NCBI GenBank assembly: GCA_965243025.1
Contig: CBDETY010000003.1
Location: 2,848,001-2,912,000 of the forward strand
Direction: 5' to 3'
DNA length: 64,000 nucleotides
From: Candidatus Latescibacterota bacterium
Lineage (GTDB): Bacteria > Latescibacterota > UBA2968 > UBA8231
Part shown: piece after piece, positions 19,501 through 28,103 of the stretch
How positions within the stretch are numbered: the stretch's first letter is position 1
Layout: every line of letters starts with the position of its first letter
Program-made: the position numbers and the translations under genes
Notes under the pieces: model-generated
Told to the model about the DNA's origin: nothing
The model's input: only the letters and a program-made list of their open reading frames with translations
The model's database searches: none

Positions 19501-19719
19501 CGTCCGATCATGCTCACTTCCCTGACTACGTTCCTCGGCTTCACGCCCCTCATCCTGGAACGCGCCATCCAGGCCCAGTTCCTGATCCCCTTTGCCGCCT
19601 CGCTCGGTTGCGGCATCCTCTTCACCACGGCCATACTCATGATGGTCGTTCCCGCGCTCTACACCATCCATCTGCGTCTGATTGCTTCGGGGCGCCGTTC
19701 CGGCACCGGCAGCGCGTAG
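16525..19719 (+). CDS. RND efflux permease (AcrB/AcrD/AcrF family)
   Basis: 1064 aa with two TM bundles; YPGATPEEIEESI, GIVVDDAIVV, GVVVNDSLV, RFRPIMLTSLTT. Confidence 0.96.
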   Translation: MSPNDDFHGERPGPLAYMAGNGVAANLLMWAIIAAGLVSLTAIEREAWPTQSFYHIEVSMAYPGATPEEIEESIVVKIEDQVSGLDDVKAVKSVAAPGMASVRVQMDYDTDMARALDDIESAVSRIPSFPAGAERPRFREMDNRMSIMRLIVHGDVSERSLKELAYQIEDDLTTLPSVSQVEVSGVRSYEISIEVPLHRLRALGLTLTDIAGTIRRSSLDLSAGSIDTRESQVRVRTLGQNYDQQDFEEIVLLSGRDGTVVRLGDIAEVRDGFQEADLIVRHQNHPAVFVEVYRAGGEHVMDVATTVREHLANEVIPALPDGVGITMWNDESQVYEERADLLLKNGILGMLLVLIALSLFLEIRLALWVAVGLAVSGIGALAVMMAFDVAINTISLFSFVLAIGIVVDDAIVVAEHIRYERQRGTPGVTAAIRGVRRIKVPLTFAVLTSVVAFVPLLFIPGGIGDVWRALPIIMIAMLLVSLVESLLVLPNHLSHLHGPEWVPANAFDRFFAGLQGRVDALLNRFVQGPLDRALRFATAQPGVTMAGAVGMLVLSISLLPAGIVPTTLAADVEGDIATVVLEMPDGATAPRTYEVAQELEAAGNRVIERLSRGRPGDASPLLTGVTVTVGLGSRLEGGLNPEPTLNPQANIATIEFKLLGAQQREISTGEVVQAWREEVGVLPYVRGITFSSEVFDLGNPVEAVLSHPHPELLAEIADSVVEGLRSVDGVYDIRSDHTPGIPEVQLELLPEARTLGLTLEELAGQTRAAFFGAEAVRVQRGREEVRVYVRLPEDERNSITDVESYLVRTPGGAEVPVMSVASLNPGVSPPAVRRKDGQRVVTVTADVDASVISGDEANDILANSILADLTALHPDLTFSFGGEQQQQLESLDALYRGFAVALIMIFALLAIPLRSYTKPFIIMAVIPFGFIGVILGHWILGVALSAVSFMGIFGLSGVVVNDSLVMLDFIDQKLGEGVPARTAVVEGAKGRFRPIMLTSLTTFLGFTPLILERAIQAQFLIPFAASLGCGILFTTAILMMVVPALYTIHLRLIASGRRSGTGSA

Positions 19720-19750
19720 TGCAATTCACGATGCAGGGAGGCTGAGGCTG

Positions 19751-21784
19751 ATGGCTGATACTACCGAGGGCTTGACGACCCCACCCCTGACTCTGACCCA
19801 GGAACTCATCCTGATGCTCCTCAACGAGGAGACCGGCTACTTTCACCAGGTACCCGGCTGGCACCTGAACTGCGCCGTGGTCGGTGCCGTGCTCGCGGAG
19901 CTTTCACTCCAATCTCGCATCGACACGGACATGGAATCCCTCTTCCTCGTGGACGCGTCGGAAACGGGCAACCCGGCCCTGGACCCCATCCTCGAGGAAA
20001 TCGCGAACGCACCGAGGCAACACAACGCCCAGTACTGGATCGAACGGCTCGCTCCCCGTGCCGAGTCGATCATCGATTCGGTCCTGGACCGCCTGGTTGA
20101 CCTGAAGATCCTGGAATACCACGACGGCGAATTCTGGACACTGGCTCCTGCCGTCCGGCATGGGGAACTGTCCGGCACGTCGGAGGAGGGCACTGAGGGC
20201 CAGTTCATAAGGACCCGTATCAGCAGGGTCATCTTCACCGACGAGATACCCGATCCGAGAGATGTCATCATTATCTGCCTCGTCAATACCTGCGACGTAT
20301 TCCGTTTCATATTCCAGCTCGACGACGAGGCGGAGGAGCGCATCGAGTTCATCTGCAGGATGGACCTGATCGGCCGCTCCCTGGCGGCTGCGGTCTCTCA
20401 GAACCTCGCCGGCCCGGCCCTTCAACGCCCTGCCCTTGCCAGGAAGATCCCGACGGTTTCGCTCACCAAGCTGCTGCGGAACCCCCATGTTCGAGACGGC
20501 AACCTGAACGCGCTCTTCGGGAGCCTTGCGGAGGAGTACGGTCCGGTGTTCCAGATCCGCCCTCCCTTCTCGAAGCCCATGATCTTCCTGGCCGGACTCG
20601 AGGCAAACCGCTGGGTGCACAAGCGGGGGCGCATGTACCTGAGAGCCAGGGACTACTTCAGCGACTTCGAGAAGGTCTACGGCGCCTCCGGCGTCCTGCC
20701 CGCCCTGGACGGCGCCGATCACTTCCGGCTTCGCAAGTCCCTGTCGCCGGCCTATTCCGCCGGGAGGCTGGGAGGGCAGCTGGACCAGCTCTACAACCAG
20801 GGGCGCAAGTACATGGCGAGCTTGACGGTAGGGGACTCCTACCGCGCCACGTCCATGTGCCGGGAGATGGTGAACGCGCAGCTCTCGCCGCTGTTCATCG
20901 GCGTCGAAACCCAGGACCTCATGGACGACCTGATGGCCTACAAAATGCGGGCCCTCAGCGTGCACATCGCCAAGCTCCTGCCAAGGTTCACGCTGAACAC
21001 CCCGGGCATGAGACGCCGGGCGAAAGCCCTGGACATACTGATGCAGCGGGTCGAGAGCGTCCATACCCCCGCCCAACGGGCGGACAGCCCGCGGGACCTG
21101 GTGGACGATTACCTCAGCTTGCACGCGAGCGACCCCCAGTTTCTCCCGGAGTCCAACCTGCGGTTCGCCTTTTCCGCGGCCCTGATCGCCAGCGTGTACC
21201 TCGGGGATACGTTCAGCCTCGTAGTCTACGCCATGGCGTCGCAGCCCGACCTCTACGCCCGGATCCAGGCCGAAGCAGATGCCCTGTTCGCCAAGGGCGA
21301 CCCCGAAAGAGAGGACTTCACCCCCGCCAACATCGACGTGACGCACCGCTTCCTGATGGAGTGCCTGCGCATGTACCCCATCGTCTCCATGTCCATTCGG
21401 AACGTGATGAATACCTGCGTGGTCGAGAATCACGAGCTGCCCATGGGGGAACGGATCCACATCGCCATGACCGCCACGCATTACATGAGCGACGTCTTTC
21501 CCGACCCCTGCAAGTTCGACATCGACCGCTACCTGCCGCCGCGCCATGAGCATCGCAACCCCGGGTACGCCCCGTACGGGCTGGGCACGCACAAGTGTCT
21601 CGGCACCCGCTGGATGGAGCTGCACCTGGCGGCCAACCTGCTGATGCTGGCGCACTACTTCACTATTGAGGTGTCCCCGGAGAAGTACAAGACCAAGCTC
21701 CGTTTCAGTCCCTTTCCGTCGCTGAAACCGAGCAAGAAGCTGAAGTTCCGCATCTCCGGGCAGAGGCGCGAGCTGCCCGCCTGA
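19751..21784 (+). CDS. GPP34/GOLPH3-like domain fused to cytochrome P450
   Basis: The N-terminal ~220 aa (LTLTQELILMLLNEETG..VGAVLAELSLQSRI..GNPALDPILEEI..VLDRLVDLKIL) resemble GPP34. The C-part has the ExxR motif MECLRMYP, the meander DIDRY and the heme motif PYGLGTHKCLG. ATG 19751 follows GAGG. Confidence 0.88.
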   Translation: MADTTEGLTTPPLTLTQELILMLLNEETGYFHQVPGWHLNCAVVGAVLAELSLQSRIDTDMESLFLVDASETGNPALDPILEEIANAPRQHNAQYWIERLAPRAESIIDSVLDRLVDLKILEYHDGEFWTLAPAVRHGELSGTSEEGTEGQFIRTRISRVIFTDEIPDPRDVIIICLVNTCDVFRFIFQLDDEAEERIEFICRMDLIGRSLAAAVSQNLAGPALQRPALARKIPTVSLTKLLRNPHVRDGNLNALFGSLAEEYGPVFQIRPPFSKPMIFLAGLEANRWVHKRGRMYLRARDYFSDFEKVYGASGVLPALDGADHFRLRKSLSPAYSAGRLGGQLDQLYNQGRKYMASLTVGDSYRATSMCREMVNAQLSPLFIGVETQDLMDDLMAYKMRALSVHIAKLLPRFTLNTPGMRRRAKALDILMQRVESVHTPAQRADSPRDLVDDYLSLHASDPQFLPESNLRFAFSAALIASVYLGDTFSLVVYAMASQPDLYARIQAEADALFAKGDPEREDFTPANIDVTHRFLMECLRMYPIVSMSIRNVMNTCVVENHELPMGERIHIAMTATHYMSDVFPDPCKFDIDRYLPPRHEHRNPGYAPYGLGTHKCLGTRWMELHLAANLLMLAHYFTIEVSPEKYKTKLRFSPFPSLKPSKKLKFRISGQRRELPA

Positions 21785-21795
21785 GGCGCTGCGAA

Positions 21796-22827
21796 GTGGG
21801 GCTGGGAAAGCTTTCGAGAGAGCTGAGAGACGCGTACCGGGGATCGCCCGTGGCGCGGCGGGTCCGGCACTTCGAGGGCTGGCTCGACCGGGCGGCGGCG
21901 GAGCCAGGTGGCGCGGGGTACGACCACACTGAAACAGCGAAAGACTATTACGACCTCTGCAGCGGGTTCATGGTGTGGGGCTGGGGCGAATCCCTGCACT
22001 TCGCCCCCCTCACGCCTCATGAGAGTCTGGAGGAGTCCAAGGTCCGGCACCAGCGGGCGATGATCTCCGAGTTGGAGCTGCAACAGGGTATGACGGTGGT
22101 CGACGTCGGTTGTGGGGTCGGCGGCCCCATGCGCCGCGTCGTCCGTGAGGCCGGGGTCAGGGTCGTGGGCATCAACATCAATGAGATCCAGTTGGAAATG
22201 GCGAAGAGGTTGAACGCCGAGGCGGGGCTCGATCACATGGTCGATTTCGAGACCTGCAGCTTCATGGACATGAGCGCCATCGAGGACGACACCTTCGACC
22301 GGGGGTATGCCATAGAGTCAACCTGCCATGCGCCGGACAAGCAACGCGCCTTCGAGGAGGTTTTCCGCGTGCTGAAACCCGGTGCCCTGTTCTGGGGGCA
22401 GGAAATGTGTCTGACGGACAAGTTCGATCCGCAGGACGACCGGCACCGGGCCATCGAGCAGGATCTCATGCGCGGCATTGCGCTGAAGGACATCGCCACC
22501 TTCGGGGAAGTGGATCACGCGCTCCAAGCCGCGGGATTCCAAGTCATGGAAGGGATGGACCGGGACGTCCAGGAGGGACCCTCCACACCTTGGTACAAGC
22601 CCATGGAGAGTCGCCACGGGGCGTTGGGCAACGCCTTGCGCAGGCTTCCGTGGGGCCGCAAGGCCTTCCTCGCAGGATCGAAGCTGGCGGAAGTGCTGCG
22701 GCTCTTTCCGAAAGGCTCCGCCGAAGTGGTCCGATTCCTCGATCGAACCGCGCAGGCTTATGTCGCGGGGGGCAAGGCGGGAATCTTCACGCCGCTGTAC
22801 TGTTTTCTGGCTCGCAAGCCTCTTTAA
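21796..22827 (+). CDS. SAM-dependent sterol C24-methyltransferase-like (ERG6/SMT family)
   Basis: YYDLCSGFMVWGWGESLHFAP (SMT region I-like), VDVGCGVGGPMR, YAIESTCHAP, VFRVLKPG, and a Sterol_MT_C-like end VAGGKAGIFTPLYCFLARKP. Confidence 0.88.
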   Translation: MGLGKLSRELRDAYRGSPVARRVRHFEGWLDRAAAEPGGAGYDHTETAKDYYDLCSGFMVWGWGESLHFAPLTPHESLEESKVRHQRAMISELELQQGMTVVDVGCGVGGPMRRVVREAGVRVVGININEIQLEMAKRLNAEAGLDHMVDFETCSFMDMSAIEDDTFDRGYAIESTCHAPDKQRAFEEVFRVLKPGALFWGQEMCLTDKFDPQDDRHRAIEQDLMRGIALKDIATFGEVDHALQAAGFQVMEGMDRDVQEGPSTPWYKPMESRHGALGNALRRLPWGRKAFLAGSKLAEVLRLFPKGSAEVVRFLDRTAQAYVAGGKAGIFTPLYCFLARKPL

Positions 22828-22938
22828 GCCTGGATGACAGGCCGGTCCTCGCCTTGGAATGGAGGGGCATCGGCGATCGTTCAGCGGGGCCGCCCACCAG
22901 GACGGAAACGGCCAGGTACGGCAGGTGTCGGGCGAGAG

Positions 22939-24024
22939 TTACCCGACCTCGCCGGACTCTGCCGTTTCACCCCCGGCGCCGTCCGGCTCAAGTTGCGGAT
23001 AGAACTGCCGGCAGTACCGGCGGTACTGCCCTATGGGGCCGTCGGCCGCACACAGCCTGGGGACAGGCCGGTACTGCTTCCGCTCCCAGATCACCACGTC
23101 CTGCAGGACATCCTGTTGCTGTTGTGACAGCAGAATGCGGTTCATCAGCCTGCTGCGAAGCTTCATCGGAAGAAACCCCAGGCCCGAGATGAACCGCCGC
23201 GGCCTGCGGATGTCCCGCATCTGGCTGACCAGTGCGAGATCGATGAGAGTGCCGTCAACGGGCGTTGCCAGCACCCACAATCGAGTATTCATACCGATGG
23301 TTTTCTCGTGGATTTCGACGAAGGAGTACCCCAGTCCATGGACGTGGGTGACGGCCGAGGTTTCGTGCACGAGGTCCTTTACCCCCAGGATCCTGCGGAC
23401 CCGTTTGAAATCGAAGCAGCTCTTCAGGTAGGGGCCGTCGACCGTGACCGTACCGACCGGATTCACGTTGTCGTAGCCGTGCACGTAGCGCAGGTGTCCC
23501 AGGTCCACGGAGTTCTCGGCCGTCTCCTGGGGATGGCCGCGGAACCGGAGGGTCCTGAATCCCGGCTTCCCCCACTCCGGGCCGCCGGGGGGGTCGTCCG
23601 GAAGGTGCCAGTGCGGAGGACGGCCGCCGCTGCCGAACCAGGCGAAGACCATGCCGAGGATCTCCCTGGTCTCGTAAACCTTCAGTTTCGCGGCTTTGGG
23701 AGCCGGGGCGTTCGGAGTGGCGACGCACTGGCCGGTCGTGTCGAACTCAAACCCGTGAAACGGACAGACGAGGCGGCCGTCGCACACCTGGCCGCCGACC
23801 TCCGGCCCCAGGTACGAACCCAGGTGGGGACATACCGCGTCGGCCACGCAGACTCGGCCTGCCTCGTCGCACCAGGCGACGATTTCCTCCCCCAGCCAGG
23901 TTTTCTCGATCAGTTTCTCACGCAGAATGGACTCGCGGGTTTCTACGAAATACCACCCCTCGGGGAACGCCGGCAACTCGTCGATTCGATTCAAGGCAGG
24001 TCGTTGGGAGTTGCTGACTGGCAT
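22939..24024 (-). CDS. Rieske non-heme iron oxygenase (KshA/Neverland cholesterol 7-desaturase-like)
   Basis: FPEGWY N-terminus; Rieske motif CPHLG..CPFHG; mononuclear Fe motif ENSVDLGHLRYVH; C-terminal QDVVIWERKQY..LCAADGPIGQYRRYCRQFY, as in KshA/Neverland-type enzymes. Confidence 0.88.
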   Translation of the reverse strand: MPVSNSQRPALNRIDELPAFPEGWYFVETRESILREKLIEKTWLGEEIVAWCDEAGRVCVADAVCPHLGSYLGPEVGGQVCDGRLVCPFHGFEFDTTGQCVATPNAPAPKAAKLKVYETREILGMVFAWFGSGGRPPHWHLPDDPPGGPEWGKPGFRTLRFRGHPQETAENSVDLGHLRYVHGYDNVNPVGTVTVDGPYLKSCFDFKRVRRILGVKDLVHETSAVTHVHGLGYSFVEIHEKTIGMNTRLWVLATPVDGTLIDLALVSQMRDIRRPRRFISGLGFLPMKLRSRLMNRILLSQQQQDVLQDVVIWERKQYRPVPRLCAADGPIGQYRRYCRQFYPQLEPDGAGGETAESGEVG

Positions 24025-24118
24025 GTCCGGAGATCCTGTCATCAGCACCGAGATAATATCAGAGTTATGCAAGTTCCCTGGTATGAAATGCCCAGGGGGG
24101 AACCCGAGGGTGATTCAG

Positions 24119-25270
24119 TCACCTGACTGAACCACCGCCGCCGTGAACTTCGACCGTCATGTGATCGAAACGATCCCGGTCCCACTGCGCTCCCCAGCCC
24201 GGTTCCGTCGATGGGGTGATTTGTCCGTCCTCGATGACCGGGGTGTTGAGCATGCCCCAGACCGCCCCCTTGTCGGTGAAGTCGTCGAGCCCCGCCTCGT
24301 AGAAGCTGGTGTTTTCAATGCAGCAGCCCAGGTGGGCATGGACCTGTCCGAACAGTCCCCCTTCGGCGTTCAACTCGACGGTTGTGCCGTGCATCTCGGC
24401 GAAGTGGGCCATCTTCAGCACCTGGGTGGCTCCGAAACGGGCGTTTGCCCGCAGCAGGTCGGTGGCTCCCGATATCAGTCTTTGCGTCGACAGGCCGATA
24501 TCCCCCATCAGCGTCTCGTTTCCCATGACCGGCATGTCCAGTTCCCGGCAGAGCACCCGATACTGATTCTCTTTCTGCTCGTGCATCGGCTCTTCCAGCC
24601 AGACGAAGTCGAGCTCTTCCATCACGTGACCGACCTCTATGGCTTCCCGCAGCGTGTAGGAACAGACCGGGTCGTTGAGTAAAAGGTAATCAGGGCCTAC
24701 TGCGTCGCGGACCTCCCGGAAAATCGGAATGTCCGCTTTGCCCCCTTTGTAACTGTGGAATTTGTAGGCGTCGATTCCGCGCTTCCTGCCCTCCTCGATC
24801 ACCTCCAGGTACACCTCGAGCGGGCTGTCGCTGCTGGTGAGGTACACCGGGAAACGATCGCGCACCCGGCCGATGAGGTCGCAAACAGGCATGCCCGCCG
24901 CTTTGCCGAGGATATCCCACAGGCAGTTGTCGAAGCTGCCCGCCCAGCCGGCGGTCCCCTGATACATCCAGCGGTTGCCCTTCCACAGCAGCTGATAGAG
25001 CCGTTCCCGATTCAGCGGATTTTCCCCCAGAACCTGGGTTCGCAACACCTCGGCCTGGCCGGGTGTCATAGTCGTCGTGGAGATCCCGTCGATGCCTTCG
25101 TCGGTCTGCACTTTCAGGAAGTTCATCCGCAAAGGTTTGTCGCTTGCAAAGCTCTTTCCACCGTGGGTGTACTGGATCCGCGACAGTCCCGGCACTTCCC
25201 GGAGTTTGAAGCAAGGCTGTTTCTGTTCCGGATTTTCGAGAACGATCAGTTTCACTTCCGTTATTCTCAT
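24119..25270 (-). CDS. Mandelate racemase/muconate lactonizing (enolase superfamily) enzyme
   Basis: MRITEVK start; DNCLWDILGKAAGMPV, YKFH, LLNDP, WLEEP, GNET, PGWG. Confidence 0.9.
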   Translation of the reverse strand: MRITEVKLIVLENPEQKQPCFKLREVPGLSRIQYTHGGKSFASDKPLRMNFLKVQTDEGIDGISTTTMTPGQAEVLRTQVLGENPLNRERLYQLLWKGNRWMYQGTAGWAGSFDNCLWDILGKAAGMPVCDLIGRVRDRFPVYLTSSDSPLEVYLEVIEEGRKRGIDAYKFHSYKGGKADIPIFREVRDAVGPDYLLLNDPVCSYTLREAIEVGHVMEELDFVWLEEPMHEQKENQYRVLCRELDMPVMGNETLMGDIGLSTQRLISGATDLLRANARFGATQVLKMAHFAEMHGTTVELNAEGGLFGQVHAHLGCCIENTSFYEAGLDDFTDKGAVWGMLNTPVIEDGQITPSTEPGWGAQWDRDRFDHMTVEVHGGGGSVR

Positions 25271-25423
25271 GTCTCTGGCGAGCCTGTTGAGAGGATTTGT
25301 CTGTTCGGTCGATCCTGCAGACAGCGAGCGAGGCATCTGTCCAGTCTGCCTCGATGCTCGATGTCAGGGGTGTGACCCGGGCCTTTCTGGTACAAGCCGC
25401 CTGGAAACCACGCTTGTTGCCGG

Positions 25424-28087
25424 CTAGTAAACCACCGCGACGGTGCGGATGACATCGCTCTGGTCGAGGCCGGCGCCCTTGTCGTCGGCCTCGACGTGGA
25501 AGCGGAGAACATACATCCCGGGAGGGACACATCTGCCGGCCTCGTCCTCACCGTCCCATTTCAGCTCGTATTCACCTGCGCCCACCTCCCCGCGTTTTCG
25601 CAGGGTGCGCACGGGCCGACCGCTCAGGTCGTGGACGGACACCTCCACCGCACGGCTTGCCCCCACGAGAACGACCGCGAAACGGAGGACAAGCTCGTCG
25701 TTGACGCCGTCGCTGTTCGGGGTGAAGACCGGAGGTAGAATATCGAAGGCCGTCATGAGCTGTCGGCGTTGCTGAACCCCTACCACTACCAGGCTGTTGC
25801 TGTCGACGCCGCGGGCGGCATCGCCCCCGTCCACCTGCTGCCAGACCGTCTCTCCGTCGCCGGCGAAGCGGGCAAACGCCTGCACCTGCCCGCCGACGGA
25901 AAACAGACGGCCCGTGAAGTCGAGGCGAAGCACCTCGATGCCCTCTTCCGGTTCGATGAGGGGAAAGGCGACCAGCAGACTGTCCTCGGAGGTGTCGAGC
26001 TGTATGGCGCCCTCAATGGCGAAGGGGGAGGACAGACCTCCTTCCGCCAGCAGGTCCTGCTCCGCTCCGGCGAGTATGCGGCTGAAGACATCCAGGCTCA
26101 TGCCGTCAGGCGCGGTGAGCAGCAGTCCGTCGAAGCCCGGGTTCCCGCGGCCGAAGTCCGGCCGCACGTACAGGGAAAAGGGCCATTCCACCGCCAGCGA
26201 CTCGACCCTCCCCGGGGTCACCTCCCCCAGAAAACGCTGCGCCAGCGGGTCGGAGTACTTCAGTCGCACGCTGCGCAGGGCGGCGGCGGCCTCGGGGCTG
26301 TCCGAGATCAGGGTGGCGCGCATCTGCACGAAGTTGCGCGGCGACGGCGAGGTGATGCGGCTGCCGGACACCCGGTACGGCTCGCTCCAGGCACTGGCGT
26401 CGCTGCCCATGACCTCCTCGATGACGATGTCCCCTCTGAGAGTATTGGGGGGGAGTTTGACCTTCGGGTTGGGCTCCTTGAGCTTGTCGTACCTCTCCGC
26501 GGTCACCTCCTCGCCGAGGCCGTTGTAATAATGGCTTACCTCCGACTTCGTGCTGCTGGTGCGGGTCTGCAGGAAGACGCCGGTCCCCGGAGGGGTGTCG
26601 GCGTCCCACTCGATGGAGGTCAGCGTGCGCGTCCCCCCCGGGTCGATGAGGGGTGACTCGAGGCTCACCCGCGGCTGAAACCCATCGCCGTACATCTGCA
26701 GCTCGGTGATCGGAAAATTGACAATGTTCACTCCTCTTTCATACACGATCCTGAAGTATCGAGCCTGCAGGGGCGCCCCGAAGCTGTGGCGCTCGGCTTC
26801 CATCTGGGTTCTGTGCACCTCGTAAAACCGGCCCCCTTCCCCCCGGCGGCCTCGAAGCTTGGCCACCGGGACCTGCTCGATGCGCTTGCCCGTGACCCAG
26901 TTGGGGCTGCCGTCGACCTGCCGGGAACCGTCGGAGAAATCGAGCTGGAAATTCCCGAACGTGTAGTTGTGACCGGCACCCCGCAGGTTCATGAGGATCC
27001 TCAGGCTGCTGATCCAGAAGGACGACCCGAGATCCACGACCATTTCAGGCACGAGCGCCTTCTGGACCTGGAGGGGAAAAGCGGTCAGCACGTTGCCGTC
27101 GAACATGTCGCCAGGAGCAGCTTCGCTCGGGGGCTGGGTCGCAACGCCGCCCCCCCGTTCGAGGAGTCGGCGCGCCAGGTCTTCCCCCTCCTCCCAGACC
27201 TCGAGCTCTGCCAGACGAGGCCGTTCGCGGCGATAGTGGCGGATCGGTCCCCGCCGCTCCTCGGGCACGAGGAGGTAGTTTTCTTCCGGCACGGCAAGCA
27301 GCCGTCCATCGCTCAGGCGTTTGGTGAATTCCACCGCACCCCTGACTTCCTCAGGAAGCTCCCGGTACGTTTCGGCGTCGACCTCCACACCGCGGCCAAG
27401 GCGCGATCCGCGCACGATCACCTGGACGTAGCGGGCGACCATGGTGCGGGCATTGTCCGGCACCTCGGAAAAGTCGATCTCGAACAGGCGCCGGGTCGTG
27501 TTCGGCGTGAACAAGCGCAGGACGGGCAGGTATTCGAGGGATTCCCCGGCGAGGGTGGAGACCGGTTTCTGCCCGTCCGAGGTCAGCACGTCGAAAAGCA
27601 GAAAGGGATCGCCCAGATCCTCGTCGACAAAGCGCAGCACGATCCGGTTGAGGACGACGACGCGGCCCAGATCGAGGGTGAACCACCACCGGGACGGGAT
27701 GTCGGCTCCCTCGGGAAGGGGGCCAGGCTCCCAGAAAGTTGCCGCATCCCCGTCCAGGACTCCGGGTACCCCTTCACGATTCGAGCCCGCGGCGACGGCG
27801 TCGAGAAGGTCGATCTCCTCCGGCGCCTTGCCGGCCAGGTGTTCCGGGGGCCGCTCGCGGAGGAAATCGACAATGCGGTCCCTGGCGTTGGTATCCATGG
27901 TCCAGCGCCTCGGTTGCACGCCGGAAGGAAGAAGCTCCACCGTGCCCACGGGAAACAGCCAGTGCTCCCAGTGCTCCGGAGTGTCGGCCACGATCTGACG
28001 CCCGGTGCGGTCCAGCCGGTACGCGCCGGCCTGGCCCCAAAGGGAGGTGCTCGTGAACACGAGCACGGCAAGGGCGACGGCGAACAC
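25424..28087 (-). CDS. Large secreted protein with discoidin-like domains and C-terminal FTPNxDGxND/FlgD-Ig domain
   Basis: GTG 28087 after AAAGGGG; signal peptide VFAVALAVLVFTSTSLWG; F5/8-like motifs LDGDAATFW..FTLDLG and FDGNVLT..VVDLG; C-terminal VFTPNSDGVND..WDGEDEAGRCVPPGMY..VAVVY. Confidence 0.8.
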   Translation of the reverse strand: MFAVALAVLVFTSTSLWGQAGAYRLDRTGRQIVADTPEHWEHWLFPVGTVELLPSGVQPRRWTMDTNARDRIVDFLRERPPEHLAGKAPEEIDLLDAVAAGSNREGVPGVLDGDAATFWEPGPLPEGADIPSRWWFTLDLGRVVVLNRIVLRFVDEDLGDPFLLFDVLTSDGQKPVSTLAGESLEYLPVLRLFTPNTTRRLFEIDFSEVPDNARTMVARYVQVIVRGSRLGRGVEVDAETYRELPEEVRGAVEFTKRLSDGRLLAVPEENYLLVPEERRGPIRHYRRERPRLAELEVWEEGEDLARRLLERGGGVATQPPSEAAPGDMFDGNVLTAFPLQVQKALVPEMVVDLGSSFWISSLRILMNLRGAGHNYTFGNFQLDFSDGSRQVDGSPNWVTGKRIEQVPVAKLRGRRGEGGRFYEVHRTQMEAERHSFGAPLQARYFRIVYERGVNIVNFPITELQMYGDGFQPRVSLESPLIDPGGTRTLTSIEWDADTPPGTGVFLQTRTSSTKSEVSHYYNGLGEEVTAERYDKLKEPNPKVKLPPNTLRGDIVIEEVMGSDASAWSEPYRVSGSRITSPSPRNFVQMRATLISDSPEAAAALRSVRLKYSDPLAQRFLGEVTPGRVESLAVEWPFSLYVRPDFGRGNPGFDGLLLTAPDGMSLDVFSRILAGAEQDLLAEGGLSSPFAIEGAIQLDTSEDSLLVAFPLIEPEEGIEVLRLDFTGRLFSVGGQVQAFARFAGDGETVWQQVDGGDAARGVDSNSLVVVGVQQRRQLMTAFDILPPVFTPNSDGVNDELVLRFAVVLVGASRAVEVSVHDLSGRPVRTLRKRGEVGAGEYELKWDGEDEAGRCVPPGMYVLRFHVEADDKGAGLDQSDVIRTVAVVY

Positions 28088-28103
28088 GGGAACCGCACCC
28101 CTT

